In this document: piece by piece, positions 38,001 to 51,540 of the stretch
Layout: the number at the start of each line of letters is the position of its first letter
Position numbering within the stretch: the stretch's first letter is position 1
NCBI GenBank assembly: GCA_000934665.2
Contig: KZ538029.1
Coordinates: 1 to 64,000 of the forward strand
From: Catajapyx aquilonaris
Lineage: Eukaryota
Direction of reading: 5' to 3'
DNA: 64,000 bases
The notes under the pieces: model-generated
Databases searched by the model: none
What the model was told of the DNA's origin: nothing
What the model saw: the letters and a program-made list of their open reading frames with translations, nothing else
Translations under genes and position numbers: made by a program

Positions 38001-41000
38001 CTCTCTTATTGTCGCAGATGGGCATTTGCATGATAGAAGAAGCCTTCAGATGCCCTTAGAAGGTATGTCCGATGAAGATTTCTGTAATTAGACTTAGGTT
38101 GTGACAAGCCACTTTGTATGAATAAGTAACGAGTCCAACCCTGATTGTATATAGCAGTAAAACCAGGAGATTGTGAACTGAGGGGTTAGTCACTTATGAC
38201 GTCCTTCGTATGCTGAAGTCCAGACAAAGTTCGTAAAGTATGACTTACCATGACTGAAGCATACTGAAGTCCATCGTACGCTATAGCATGAAGTGACTAA
38301 CCCTTCACGTTCAACTCTTGGAACGACTTAAGTACATGCATTGCGATTAGCTGCCTGCCAGCTTTGCCTGTAACAATACTGAATCCTTCGGGGAATAAGT
38401 AAATTTTCAGATTCGACATCGTATACCAACTGAATTTTAATTGCGTGTTTGCATTTCAGCCTGGGAGAGCACGTACGAGGAGAACCTGCACGCAAACCTC
38501 TCAATGTCCCTGAACCTTCACGACAACCGCCATCCGACGGAACCGACCAAAAGCCATTCGCAACGAGACAGCAAGTCCAGCAAAGGCTTGTCCAGAGGCG
38601 ACCTCCAAGATCGGATGAGAATGGTGATGCAGAGGGCCGTTGACTTTGTGGTGTGCGCACCTTCTGCGACACAGGTGGAAGAGGAGGAGCGGACGTTCGT
38701 CCTGGGGCTGCTCTACCAGCTGCATCAGATGGCGAGAATGGTGGTGACCAGGAAAGGAGGGAACAGGAGCACGAAGCGGGGGCAAGGCCCGGGCAGCGGA
38801 TGGTGGGCAGGACTCGCATGGGCAGTGAGAGACACCATCCAGGTGCAGTTCGGCCGGATGGTGTTGCATCTCATGTCCCCGAATCAAAAGCTCGACCTCA
38901 GGTGTCATCTCGTAACCAGGTCAGTGTCGCCTATTCATAGTAGCGACATCATGCCAACCGCTGTCTTTTTTACAGCCTCTGTGACGATCCGAACTGCAAG
39001 GAATTGCTGACGTTTTGTTACACGGGGAACTCGCAAGTGGAGCCCAAGTTCACCTTGTACTTTCAAGAACTGATCTCCCTGAGCGAGAAGGGCAGCACCC
39101 AGATGAGCCGAGATGACGCTCGGAAGTGTATGCAGTTTCGATTCAACCTGCAGGATTGGGGCGTACTCAGCATGCCTCTTCAGCCGTACTCGATTGCGGC
39201 TGGGGACCAGGAGACATGGAGGGAAGAGCTGCAGCAGGTGATTGCGCAGGAGGAGAAGATCAAGAAGTCGATCGTGGCTGGGAGGCAGCCAGGCGAAATC
39301 AAGTACGTTTTGTTCGACCCGATTCGGACTGTTGCTCATTCGTCATGTTTTGTAGGGTCGTGTTTGCACAGGAGTCGATGAACAGGCAGGTTGCGGAGTC
39401 CGCAATGATGGTGACCAAGCTGGTTGTCGAAGCCCAGAATTGCGAGAGGAAAGCTTTTATCGGGCACATCAAGAAGCTGTTTAGCGAGTCGGTCACAGTT
39501 CGGAGCGTTTGGTTGGAGTTGGTCCGACAGCTGACCCACGAAGAGGCCGTCTGGCACTTTCCACGATCATACCCGAAGTATGCTTTCCCTATTCAAGTAC
39601 TTTTACATGTTACTCATGTGTGCGTATCGTAGGAGCTGGAGCTTAGACCCTACTGAAGGACCGATGCGGGTGCGAGTGAGGCTTCAACGTTGCCACTTGG
39701 GCATCAGCAGCAAGTATTTGTTACCGGAATACCAGCACAAACTGGGTATGTTTCTGCATGTTGCTGGTTGACGACCATTGCGATTATTGTCGACGTAATT
39801 TCAGAGGCGGAGAAGCTTCTGTCGCCCTTGTCGTTTCTGTTCGAGTGCCACGGGGAGGGCGGAAAAGTCAATTCTTCCCGCCTCGTGGACCATCTGAAGG
39901 ACAACGAGAAGATCACGTTCACGTCGCCTGGAAACATCATCACTCCAGCCTTCGAGGCTCCAGGGGAGCTTCTAGTCGGAGAAACTTGCGTCTATTTCGT
40001 GCTGGACCAACCCATGCCACTGTCCTCGGACTCACCGTCGCCTTCTCCCACACCAAGCTCCAACCCTGGGTTGTCCTCGGGGCATGGGAACGACCTGCCC
40101 TTCCAGCCGCCAGTGTCGATCCTCTGGAATTTTGACGAGGTCCGAGAAATTCACAACAGACGGTTCCAGCTGCGAGACTGCGCGCTTGAAGTCTACCTAG
40201 TCTCGGGGAGGACGCATTTAATTGCATTTTCAACCACTGTGGTATGTCATCTCGGCTTCCAAGCTTTGTTGCAAGTGTCACAAAAGTACTTGTTTTTGTA
40301 CACGGCAGGAGCGAGACTGCTTTGCGATGCAGGTGTGCAGCTTCCCTCTTCCGAACCGTGTGGTGCAGGAGGACCTCCACGAGGTGACCCAGATCTGGCG
40401 GGAAGGCCTGATGACCAACCTGGAGTACCTGACCCAACTGAACAAGATGGCCGGACGCACCTTCAACGACCTTATGCAGTACCCGATCTTCCCGTTCGTG
40501 CTTAGCGATTACTCGGAGCACCAGTTGGACCTCACGAATCCCAAGTCCTTCCGACACTTCAGGCGACCCATGGCCGTGCAGAAGCGGGAGAACGAGCAGC
40601 ATTACATCAGCAATTACAATGTGAGCTAATGCCCTTGTTTTAATTATAGTGGGTTTGCTAATTAAATTGCTTTCCGCAGTACTTGAAGCAAGAGATGGAG
40701 TCTGGTATTGCCAACAAGAATTTGAACCAGGGGCCGTATCACTATGGATCGCACTATTCGAACTCGGGGAGTGTGCTTCATTTCCTAGTGCGGTTGCCGC
40801 CGTTCACCAAAATGTTCCTCACTTATCAAGGTGACGTTTCTATGCGACTCCTGCGACACTGTATTTTACGAGTGGGTTATGTTGCAGATCGGAATTTCGA
40901 TATACCGGACCGCACCTTCCATGCCCTGCAGACAACTTGGCGTCTCACCAGCTCCGACTCGACCACCGACGTGAAAGAGCTGATCCCCGAGTTCTTCTTC

Positions 41001-42685
41001 TTGCCCGAGTTTCTAGTCAATTCGGAAGGTAGGCCGGAGCTTCCATTGCGGTCAACTGATATTAACTGGGTGTGTCCATTTCAGGGTTCAACTTTGGTGT
41101 GCGCCAGAGCGGTGAGCGAGTCCATCACGTGCATCTTCCACCGTGGGCCAAGCGGGATCCACGTCGGTTCGTTTTAGTTCATCGGCAGGCCTTGGAGTCC
41201 GACTTTGTCAGGGAAAACCTACACCATTGGATCGACCTCATATTTGGATTCAAGCAGACAGGAAAGGCTGCTGTCGAGGCCATCAACGTCTTCCATCCTG
41301 CCGTGAGTAGTTGGCCATACGCTGAATTTCGTCCGAGTTACAACTTGGGCTTCCTTGCAGACTTACTTTGGATTCGATGTGGACAGCATTAAGGATCCGA
41401 TAGAGCGAAGGGCGCGAGAGACGATGGTTAAAACGTATGGGCAGACACCGAGGCAGCTGTTCAAGCATCCGCATCAGATGGTTGCGCAGACTCTGACTGC
41501 CACACGTCACACTGCCCTTCCGATTGTAAGTAAATGTGCGCCGTTGAAATCCGGTTCAATCGCTATTGTTCATTTGCAGAGGCCGGTACTGGAAGAAGTG
41601 AAGGGCTTGTCGTGGGGCTCGTTTGTGGGCTCCCCTGCAGACCCTCCTCCGAGCGTCGTATGGAGCCGGAGAAACAAGGCTCCCGTAGCCACACTGGTTG
41701 CCCTAGTCACCAACGACATCTTCGGATTGGCCCCGGGGACGTCGATCATCCTGTCGTACAACAAGGACAGGGGGTCATGCACCGTCAGCACCACCACTGT
41801 CACCGGATTCGCTCTGGTCACCTGGGGACATCCGGACGGTGTCGTGAGAGTCAAACTGCATCACGATAAGCCGCCACATCCGCTCATCAAAGCCTCGCCC
41901 AGAGATCCGGTGAGTACACTACTTGCTGAGTAATGTCCAGTAACGTAGCAGCGGTTGCTTTCCAGATATCAATATGCCAGTCGGTTCCTGATTGCAAACA
42001 GCTGTGGATCGGACACTCGTCTGGAGCCATCCATGTCTACCGATTTGCGTTTGATCCATCCAGCTGCCAACTGCGGCTTATCAATGGCGGGCGATCCTCA
42101 GACAGTCCACCGCCGTCGACTCTGCTCGCCCACCGCTCTCCCGTAGCAGCAATTCACCTCTGTCGGCCTTTCAGCATTGCGGTGACGGCTGGGCGGAACG
42201 GAGGTGTGGCCATCTGGGACTTGAACCAGCTATCCATGGTTAGATGCATCTCGTCCGTCCCAGGCCAGAAGCTGCAGGCTGTAGGGGTCAGCGAGGCATC
42301 AGCGGACATCGCCGTGGTTGGCGGAAGCAGCGGAGCAACTTCGCAGAGCTCTCTCCGCCTGTACACGGTCAACGCCTCGCTGGTGGCCCACCGCTTGCTG
42401 GAAGATTCACGCGTGACGGCCGTCTGTTTCTCGAACGCACCGGAAGGTGTGTCCGTCAATGTGCTTGCGACCGGGTTCGCAAACGGCAGCATATCGCTCT
42501 GGAGCACCTGGGACCTCACCCTGGTCCGGACCATACAGACGGACACGCTGGAGAAGCCAATCATATGCCTCACATACTCGCACGATACGCAGCATCTTTA
42601 CGCGTCCGCCACTGACGGAACAGTGGTCATCTGGGAAGGGTCAGGTGCTCGGGGGACTGTCAAGGCTCCCAAACTGTTCAGTTGA
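29032..42685 (+). CDS. LYST: Lysosomal trafficking regulator LYST (Beige/CHS1, BEACH family); more than 30 short exons
   Basis: ConA-like region, W.LDPTEGP.R.R.RL motif, PH-like domain ([16 protein letters not shown]), BEACH domain ([55 protein letters not shown]) and C-terminal WD40s with the LYST-type [11 protein letters not shown] motif. Confidence 0.93.
38163..38321 (+). repeat. Imperfect long inverted repeat (hairpin) in a LYST intron
   Basis: gaactgaggggttagtcactt pairs with aagtgactaacccttcacgttc, and there is an inner arm cttcgtatgct / agcatactgaag. Confidence 0.75.
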
Positions 42686-43049
42686 AGTTGTACAAAAACG
42701 TTACTCATTTTCAGGGATATTATTGAATGCCGAGTGAATGCGAAGAGAGCGAGAGTGGTCACAGAGCTTATCTATTGTTTTTGTTTACCGAAACAGATTT
42801 TATCGCACGTGGGGAGGGATAATAGATGTTGTGCAATATTAATAAGTGGTTTTTAAGGTTCATTCCAGCATGAAAAATTTTGTGATACAAATGTGATACG
42901 CGCCTGTTCATTGGTTATTATAATAAACCGTTTTAGAGAGCATTACGTGCGCAGGGCATCAATTACGCAATAGCCATTAAATTATATATTCTGATTTATT
43001 TCTGGTGCAAATTCATGGCAATTAAAAACTGGTTGTACATCGGGGGGAG

Positions 43050-46000
43050 TTATTTGGAGCGGTGCTTTTGCTGATCTTGCTGCCGTTGCATCTGCATCTG
43101 CGCGGCCAGCTGCTTCTGTTGCTCCGCCAGCTGCTTCTGTTGCTGCTCCATGACCTCGTGGTCGTACGTGGAGTGAAGGAGAAGCGCCAGCACACCCGCC
43201 CTGCTGGCCATGGCTTGCCTGATCTGCCTCTCCTGCTCCAGAAGCTCGTCCAGCTTCAGCCACTGCCGCACACGCTCCATGTCGATTTCCGCCCGACGAA
43301 GCTTCTCCCAGCAGTAGTGCTTGGTGCACTTCTTCTTGGCCACTCGGCACAGCTCACCCGTTTCCTGGAATGCGTTGACCACCAGTGGGCATCCGCATGC
43401 CTCCGAGTCGGATATCTTGGGCTCTTTGGAGTGCTCGGGACACAGTACCCGCAGGCGTTTGCAGTACGTGTTGCTTGTTGGAGAGTAGAAGTCGCAGAAC
43501 ATGTTGTTCCCCTCGATTCGCGTCTTGTAGATCGAACCGAATGACGTCTGGCTCTCGTACTGGAAAATGATTACAGATTTAGAAGCTGTGAAATGAAACG
43601 CTTCAACGTGAACTTACTTTGCTGAAGCATTTGTCCATATGTCGAATGGCAGATCGTATGGTAACCTCATGTCCGCACGTTATGCAGTGCAACGTAGCCT
43701 CTCCTTCCCCCTCGGCATCTCCGTCGTCGTCTGCCCCCGGATCAAGCGGGGGCAGAGCCTTTGCCCGAGCCGCAACCTGGTCCAGTTCCACATGCTTTCT
43801 GTCCAACTCCTGCAGATACGTGTGCGCCTGCATCTGCTGGCTCCTCACGCTTTCCAGCTCCCTCTTGTTCCTTTCCTCCGCGGTGCAAGGAGACAGGTTC
43901 CACTCCTGGATCCTCTGCGGCAGGGTCTGGTAGATTCGGGACGCTGCGAGCTTCAATCCGCACTCCTCGCTGCAGTACTTGCTTCCAGACATTGCCGCCT
44001 CTGCACAGCCTGGCCCGTAACACTGGCGAGGCTCCTTCAGTGCTCTTTCGGCAGCCGCCTCCGCTTCCAATGTCCAGTAGTCAACCCCACCTTCCGAGTC
44101 GGACGGGTCCTTTCTCTTGCGACGGGACGGACGACTAGACCTCCCTACATTTTAAGAAATATTAATTAATTGCTTAATTGCAAGTCTGATTAACTAACCT
44201 GCGGAATCTCTCTTGCTCCTTCCGCCTTGCTTCCCGTGCCTCCCACTCCCTCCGCCACCCCGCTCCTTCTTAGAGCGAGGCTCCCAGGTGTCATCGTCCG
44301 AGTAATTTGCCTCCCTCAGTACTGGTATGTAATCAGGGTCGGCACTCGGGGAACGAGTCCCACTTGGGTGAGACGAAGCCCATTGCAGGCCCTGTCGAAA
44401 AGCAACAAAATGAGCTACGTGCAGTTCGTAGATTACGGCTCAGCACATTCATTCTCAACATCTCCCAAGTGTTCAATTCATGCAGTGCCACCAGTGTGCT
44501 TAGTAATCCCCAAACAAGTGCGAGGTTGTGCAGGTTTAAACCTCAGTGAAGACATGTTTTGAACAATCACCCAAGCATGACTAACCGCACCTCAATACGA
44601 ATTACAACTAGGTTAAGCCGTAACATTAGTCGCAGGAGCTCATGAACTGTTTGATTAATAATCGGCTGGTTATGAAAATTATTTATTTGCAGTCTTATTC
44701 TGAAATGAAAGCTATAAAACACGCTAAATGTTATATTGTGAATACAACAATTTGCTACAGGTGTTTTGTGCCACACGCTGTGCATGCACTGGTCTGCAGA
44801 TTGAAATTAAAAAATGCTTGCCAATAATTTAAAAAAGCCACCGCCGCTTCACCTCATTTTGTGCACCTTTCTCCCCTGCCACATAAGCACGCACAAGCGC
44901 TCATGTGGACAAGTCCAGTGCGAAAAGGCCAAAAAAAAAAAAAGGAAGCAACAAAAGAGCCCGGACAAAAACAAGAAGTAGAAAAAAATGGGCAACGAAC
45001 AAGAAAACAAGAAAGACAAAAACACTTTCAATGTGGGTACAGTACCTGGGCGTAGTGGTCAGTGTGGGATGTGGAGGAATAGACTTGACCCTGCAAATGG
45101 GACAATGCTAAACGGCTCTGCTGCTAACAGGCTCAGCTGCCGATTAGGGATTACGGAGGGAGGCGCACGGGTGAGGACAGTGTGAAGTGTACGGATCGGT
45201 CAAGGAAAAAAAAAACCCTACTGAAAATTTGTACACATTTGAGAAGCAATTTTGGGCCAATTGTCATGACCATAAGGGTTGAGGAGGAGACAATTTGGTT
45301 TGGGGGACGGCTAAGCAAATAAACATGAGAGCAGCCATTATGTACTGTACTAAAAAAAGAACGGGGGAGAAAAATATATAGTAACAAACACATAATTAGT
45401 TATTGTGTTAAGACTGATTTCGTACGATCTGAAAAAACTTAATATTCAAAATAATGTAGAAAACAATTCAAATAATAGAGTTTTGGTCTGATTCGTTGCA
45501 TGTTTTACTTACAAAGTTGAGGCACTGCCTCTGTCGGCACTTTTGCCTGATCTTATTTGGTCCCCCGAACTTCTTCATGTCCTTGCAGAAATCGCATCTC
45601 CCGCAGTCTTCGGTCCTGTAGCATGCGATACACTCGCCGCACCGCCTGGACGACTTATTCGCCTTCCCTTCCCTATCTGCTTAAAAAACAACCTCATTAA
45701 GCCCAGGTTAAAACAAGGCAAGTCCAACAGTGTCCATACCGGAGTCGACAGTGTCCCTCCTCTTCTTGCTCTTCCCCCGATGGTCCTCCCCGTCCTCCCT
45801 GGCCCTCTCCATCTCCTTCCGCTCCTCCCTCTGCCTCTTGCTCTCCTTATACTGCGTCTCCAACCGCGGATCCTCAGCCTGGCACTTGGGGCAAAAGAAG
45901 CGTCTGATCCGTTTGGCCTTCTTCTCTGTTATGTCCACGCAATCGCCATGGAACCACTCCTCGCAGTTGTCGCAAGCTCTGAAAAAAGGACACACGCTCA

Positions 46001-46584
46001 ACGGAAAAGTCAACGACCTATAATGTGCTCAATCATGAGGTCAACGATTTAGAACATCTATTTGGGGTCAATGGCCTATATAACGTCCTATTTTTGGGGG
46101 TCAATGCCCTATTACATGCCCTATTTTTGGGGGTCAATGGCCTATTACATGCCCTATTTTTGGGGGTCAATGGCCTATTACATGCCCTATTTTTGGGGGT
46201 CAATGGCCTATTACATGCCCTATTTTTGGGGGTCAATGGCCTATAACTTGCCCTATTTTGGGGGTCAATGGCCTATAGGCATGTCCCATTTTTGGTGTCG
46301 AGGACCTTTGTTGTGACGGATGAATTTTTTGTTCCGACGACCCTATACTCACATCATGAACCTGGATGAATCTGAGGACCTGCAGATGCAGTAGAGCTGC
46401 TGATCCTCCTCCTGCCTGAGCAGCAGGTTCAGCTTGGACTGCCTCTCTGGCAGCATGAACTGCCTCGCAATCTCCTCCTTCTGCAAACATTATTCAGTTG
46501 TACGCTAACATGCATGTGATTGACATGTCCATGGCTATTACCCTCATTGTGTACACAGTACGTGGTACTTACCGACAGCGACAT
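43050..46584 (-). CDS. CXXC1: CXXC-type zinc finger protein 1 (CFP1, SET1/COMPASS subunit)
   Basis: PHD finger ([28 protein letters not shown]..FCPKC), CXXC domain (RCGECIACYRTEDCGRCDFCKDMKKFGGPNKIRQKC) and the C-terminal region QCYGPGC..SKYCSEECG..YCKRLRVLCPEH..HYCWEKLRRAEIDMER. The exons join in frame from ATG 46584. Confidence 0.96.
46057..46295. repeat. 33-bp minisatellite (ctatttttgggggtcaatggcctattacatgcc), about 7 copies, in a CXXC1 intron
   Basis: Tandem copies are directly visible. Confidence 0.95.
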
Positions 46585-47169
46585 GATGTCTGCTGTGTGT
46601 GTACGCAGCCCCTGAAATTAACGATGAAAAATTCAGGAACTGACAAACACAGAAAAAGTGTTCCACAAAATCTTCAGAACAATGGCCGCCACTTGTGGTT
46701 CCAGCAGCCGCCGGTAGATGGCAGGTCGATCGGCGACAGTGGCGCCTCTGACGGTCAACACACGAACTAACAGCGACAGAAAATCTCAGGATTTTTTTTG
46801 CAGGCCACGTGTTTTGCAAAAATTCAGGCAAGTTTTGCACGTTTTTAAACTTAATTTACCTAATTTTAACAATGCAAAATTATGGCGAATGTGCCAGGAA
46901 CACAATGAGCCACGTACCACCTTAAATTAAGGGCAAATTAAATGTTGCATGTAGTCAGTCTGTGTTTATGAACACTTTTAATTAAATTTAAAATTGTAAT
47001 TAAAAACAAGTGACACAGCCCAGTACAATAGCTAACGAATTAATTTTGTATTAATCTTATTTATTAAATAACTTCTGTAACTGGTTCGTTTAAAAGTGGG
47101 CTTAGCCCGGTACGGAGAAAGTGTACTTGTCCAGCCGTCCGTAATTAATTGCGCTTGCCTTGCAGTGCG

Positions 47170-48615
47170 ATGTCGGTCGGGTCGTACCGATTGTTCGTGG
47201 GGAACTTAGCGCAGACGGCGACGCAAGACGAGGTGGAGCGCAAGTTCTCGCCTTTGGTACAGGTGGACCAGGTTGAGCTGAAGCAGAAGAAGGATGCGGA
47301 GGGGAACATCGCCAGCGCATTTGCTTTTGTCAGCGTCACCACGAGCCAGGCTGGACTTAATGCATGTGAGATTGTCTGCGTGTACGTTGCATTGTTTGGT
47401 ACTAAAGCGTTACACTTTCACGGCAGGTTTGAAACAGCTGGACAATTCCAAGTGGAAGGGGAACCTGCTGACTGTCCAGCGGGCCAAAGAGAGCTTTCTG
47501 ACCCGACTCCAGCGTGAACGTGAGGCGGAGGGAAGGAAGCCGTCAGATGCTGCTCCGTCAGAAGTGTCGACACTCGCGAAGCGCAAGGTGAAGCACAGTC
47601 CACCGCCAGAGGATGAGCGGCCTATGAGGGGAAACTTGCCTATGTTTTGCGGGCTTGCTTCATTAGAACCAGATGAGCCACCTGCCAAAATGGCCAAGAG
47701 ATCACGGAGTCTGGGGTTGGAGCTGGAACGAGCACTTTCACAGCAGTTTAATTCAGGCTGCAATGGTGTCAAGGAGGTTCAAAATGCGTCGAAGAGGAAG
47801 AAAAAGGTTGATGACCAACCAGAAGAAACACTGTCCGCACCCAAAAAGGTAATGTCCGTCTGTAGTTACGCCGAAGTGTGGAATTAACTCACCTTGTTTT
47901 TAACCAGAAAACCCATCATAAACGAAAGCTGTCATACTCGTCTAGTGAAGAAAGTGACAGCCCAAAGAAGACTCCTAAACTTGAAAATGGTGACAATGCG
48001 CCAACCAGTGATGCACAACCAGAGCCCACGAAGCAGAAGAGTAAATACTACGTGTCCGACAACCTGGCCAGCTTGTTCAAGAGCCAGTCACAAGAAGAGT
48101 TCAGCGTATCCAAACTATTTGGGCTCGAACCAAGTCAGTACAAAGGTTGCCATTAAATGGATTGAATTTAACGTCGCCTTAACCTTTCAGGCGAGTCGAC
48201 ATCTGAAGGACTGCCTGTGAAAAACCCATTCCGACATTACAATGAGAATGACGAGCTCACTGAAGATCATGTTCAGGAGTCGCATTACACATCCAGTGTG
48301 AAGCCGGCGGTCCCGGTGGCCTTTGGAGATGCAACGCAGCACTCATTCTTTTTCCAGGAAAACGATCAGAGGTTTAGCGGTACGTTCAGTAACTTCAATT
48401 GTGACATTAATTAAGCACTGTATTAATATTTCACTGTTATTTCAGAGGCACAATCGTTTTACCTGAAAGATCCGAGGGACAGCAGGACGGACGAGCAGAA
48501 GGAAGAAGACTTCAAGCGTGAGAGGGAGGAGCTCAAGTTCATCTTCCGGCTGAAGATGAAGAAGAGCACCAAGAAGAAAAATCCCATGGTACGACTTGGA
48601 AAGAAAAAAACGTGA
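47170..48615 (+). CDS. NOL8: Nucleolar protein 8-like RRM protein; exons 47170-47365, 47427-47848, 47908-48145, 48191-48379, 48446-48615
   Basis: N-terminal RRM (RLFVGNL..FAFV) followed by the NOL8-type KWKGNLLTVQRAKESFLTRLQRER, and a C-terminal SFFFQENDQRF motif with a basic tail. Confidence 0.8.
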
Positions 48616-48885
48616 TCAATTTTTTTTGGAAAATATATTTTATTGCAAGTTTTGATAAAAGTTGTTGTTTGAAATAATTTGACCACTTAAACGAGGATTT
48701 CAGACACTTTCTCTCCTGTATTATTGCCCCAAGATTCCATGCGCAGAAGACATTTTACTGCAAAATTATTGCGACGGTATTGTCAACTGATAATGTTTTG
48801 AGAAATTAGTAACTATGGAAATCTTCCTTGCTGTTTATTTGACCATTCTTCCTTGGTACTTCATAAGAAAAGGCTGAGAGTAATC

Positions 48886-50531
48886 ATGCAGGCAGGAAAC
48901 GAGGAAGAATTATTAGCAAAAATACTTGAGGACGGCAGGTTGGAAGAGGCGGAAGACATCATAGCAAGTGCAAGTTATGGCTCGGATGTTCTGTCCAGAG
49001 GTATGATTCGATTTTTCCATCCAGTATTTTTTTTTCAGACATTACATTGCAGGAAAAGTGGCTCCCATAATGCTGCTTCTGAATCGGAGGTTGAAGAACC
49101 ATGCACGGCCTTTGAATTTGAAGCTGTCGAGGTTGTTGATAGAAAAGGGGACGGATCAACACAGAGAGCATGTTCATCCTACAGGAGAGATCGTTACAGT
49201 TTTGAGTGGACTCGTTGATTTGTACATGAACTTGCACGAAACGGAACTGTACGTAATTTTCTTCCGTGTTCAGCAGACCACCAATTGTTTTGGCTTTGTT
49301 GTAGCGCAACTAACATCATGCCATGCATAGGAATGAATGGTGAGGTGGATCTGACATGCGAGCAGGTGTCCCAGCAACTTCTTCAACTCATGGACATGTC
49401 TCTGGGTATTTGTTGCAGAATTGTACATTCCAGGTGAATAGAAATTATGTGATGCTCTTTTTCGCAGGAAATGGAGCCAATCCAAATGCATTTGTCGACA
49501 TGTACCTTAAAAATCTTATGCATGTCATATTGGAAAAACAACTTCCACATATTGAGGTGGTTGATAAGTTGTGCACGGCAGGGTCCGACATAAACCAGTG
49601 CAACATATTTGGAACATCTCCGCTCATGTCACTGATGCGATGCAGAAACCCTCACAAAGTAACGACGATGTTTCGTTTTTTCGATGACAGGTCTATGGTA
49701 CGTAGTGACATGTTGTACTTCAGCAGTTGGTAACAGGCTGTGTGCAATGCAGGTTTTGGACTGGCATCAAAGAGACGCATCTGGAAGAACGGTGTTGTGG
49801 GAGGCTCTTTTCATGGGAATGCCGAAGCTGGCCTTGAACCTTTGCAAGAGAGGTGTGGGCATCGAGACTCCTGCAATGATTAACAGGATACCCTGCAATG
49901 ATGGCAACTGGCCTCAACCACTCATATGCGGAGTTTCACCTCTCTTTGCTCCACTGCTGGGGAACTCCCCTGCCTTGGCCCAAGCTCGTTACGCCATAAC
50001 AACCCATCAGGAGGAAGGACGAACCTCGTGCTGGAGGCTGCAGGCCGACCGGTGCATCCACAGCGTCCTCTCTCCTTTGGTCGACGCAGGGCACTTCAAC
50101 GGCATCTTTATCCAGAGGCAGGTGCAGTTCTGGATACGTCAAGGGACCAATTTCAGGCACTTGGGACTCTTGGAGAATGAGCATCTGGGGAGATCCCTGG
50201 TGCCCCTGATGTTTGGAAATCTTGTCGTCAACCTTAAACACACTTGTGTCAGGGCTATCTTGAGACAGGTGTGCTTCAGCGGTGACAATGGTACTTTAAC
50301 CGCATTTGCGGAGGTGGCAGGACCACCCTGATTGCTTTTTCCTTGCTCGTTTCAGCCACCTGGGATAAGGTCCGACTTTTGACACCTGCTGTAATCGCAT
50401 CGCTTCTTGAGGAGCTGTGCCTCCCTGTGCATGCCATGAAGACAGCTTTTGAAATGGAAGCTGCAAAGCTGCAAGTCCTAGCAGCGGTGAGTGATCATGG
50501 AGGATGCGAAGTAGAGAGGGACTTGTATTGA
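48886..50531 (+). CDS. Ankyrin-repeat protein with a C-terminal SOCS-box-like motif (ASB-like), multi-exon
   Basis: Ankyrin-like motifs (GANPN, GSDINQCNIFGTSPL, RDASGRTVL) and a BC-box-like LKHTCVRAILRQ...LP. Exons can be joined in frame with 55-65 nt introns. Confidence 0.55.
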
Positions 50532-50974
50532 AATTAATCCTTGCATATTGCTATATGCCAAAGCAATGTTGCTGGTGAGAGAGATGAAAGAGTACTGGTG
50601 TGCTCCCAGACAAATGTGCGTGTCACCTCAACAAGTGTGCCAATGGCAATAAAAGATGCTTATTGGATGCAATGCACTGACAGAATGGTATTTATTTCAT
50701 GGAGAATGTCATGTGGGCTTGCTATATTTTCAGCAGGGGTTTGGGGACACTCGCCGGAGAGAAGTTGGTTAACTAAAATGAGTTCTTGCTGTAGGGAAGC
50801 ATGTAAGGAATTATACGTATCTCCTGAGATATAGGCAATGCTACTAACTATGGCGGGAAGGAATTTCACACATTATATTATGCTTCCTCTCCGACAGCCC
50901 GGGGCATGGGGCATGCCCTGTCCGGCTCGGCGCCACGGTGTAACGCCGTACCACCACAGAAGACCTAATCGCGT

Positions 50975-51540
50975 CAAATGGCACCTCTCCCGACGAGAAA
51001 GCAATGGTTCGAAATGGCATCTCTCCGGAGGAAAGTCCTGGATGTGCTTCTCCCCGGCGAGAAGCCATTTCGCTGGATTGGCTCCTCTTCGGGGAGAAGC
51101 TATTTCGGTATAGTGCACCTCCCCGGAGAGAAACCCATCCAGCGAAATGGCTTCTCGCCGGTGCGGTGCCGTGTGCCCAAATAGCTTCTCCCCGGTGAGA
51201 AGCCTATCGAGTGAAATGGCTTCTCGCCGGTGCGGTGCCGTGTGCCCAAATAGCTTCTCCCCGGAGGGAAGCCTATCCAGTGAAATGGCTTCTCACCGGA
51301 GAGAATCCATTTCACCTAATCGACTTCACTTCGGCGAGGTGCCATTTGTGTATAACTGCTTCCCTCCGGAGAATTGCTGTTTACGTATTTGACACCTCTC
51401 CGGCGAGAAGAAATTTCACTGAAGTGGGTTTCTCTCCTGTGATGATTCCTCAGTTAGAGAAGCCATTTCAATTTAGTTGTGCGGTTTCTCGGGCACATCG
51501 AAGGGAGACGAATTCAACGACTAATTTTTGTATGCGTACA
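50975..51540. repeat. Composite repeat with 69-bp tandem units and a palindromic ttctcnccggngagaa core; probable non-autonomous transposon fragment
   Basis: Near-identical units start at 51144, 51213 and 51282 (partial), with many degenerate copies on both strands. No paired TIRs were identified. Confidence 0.7.

Noticed and set aside
46025..46316. Repetitive ORFs (LFLGVNGLLHA)n and (PYFWGSMAYYM)n
   Set aside because: These are translations of the intronic 33-bp minisatellite.
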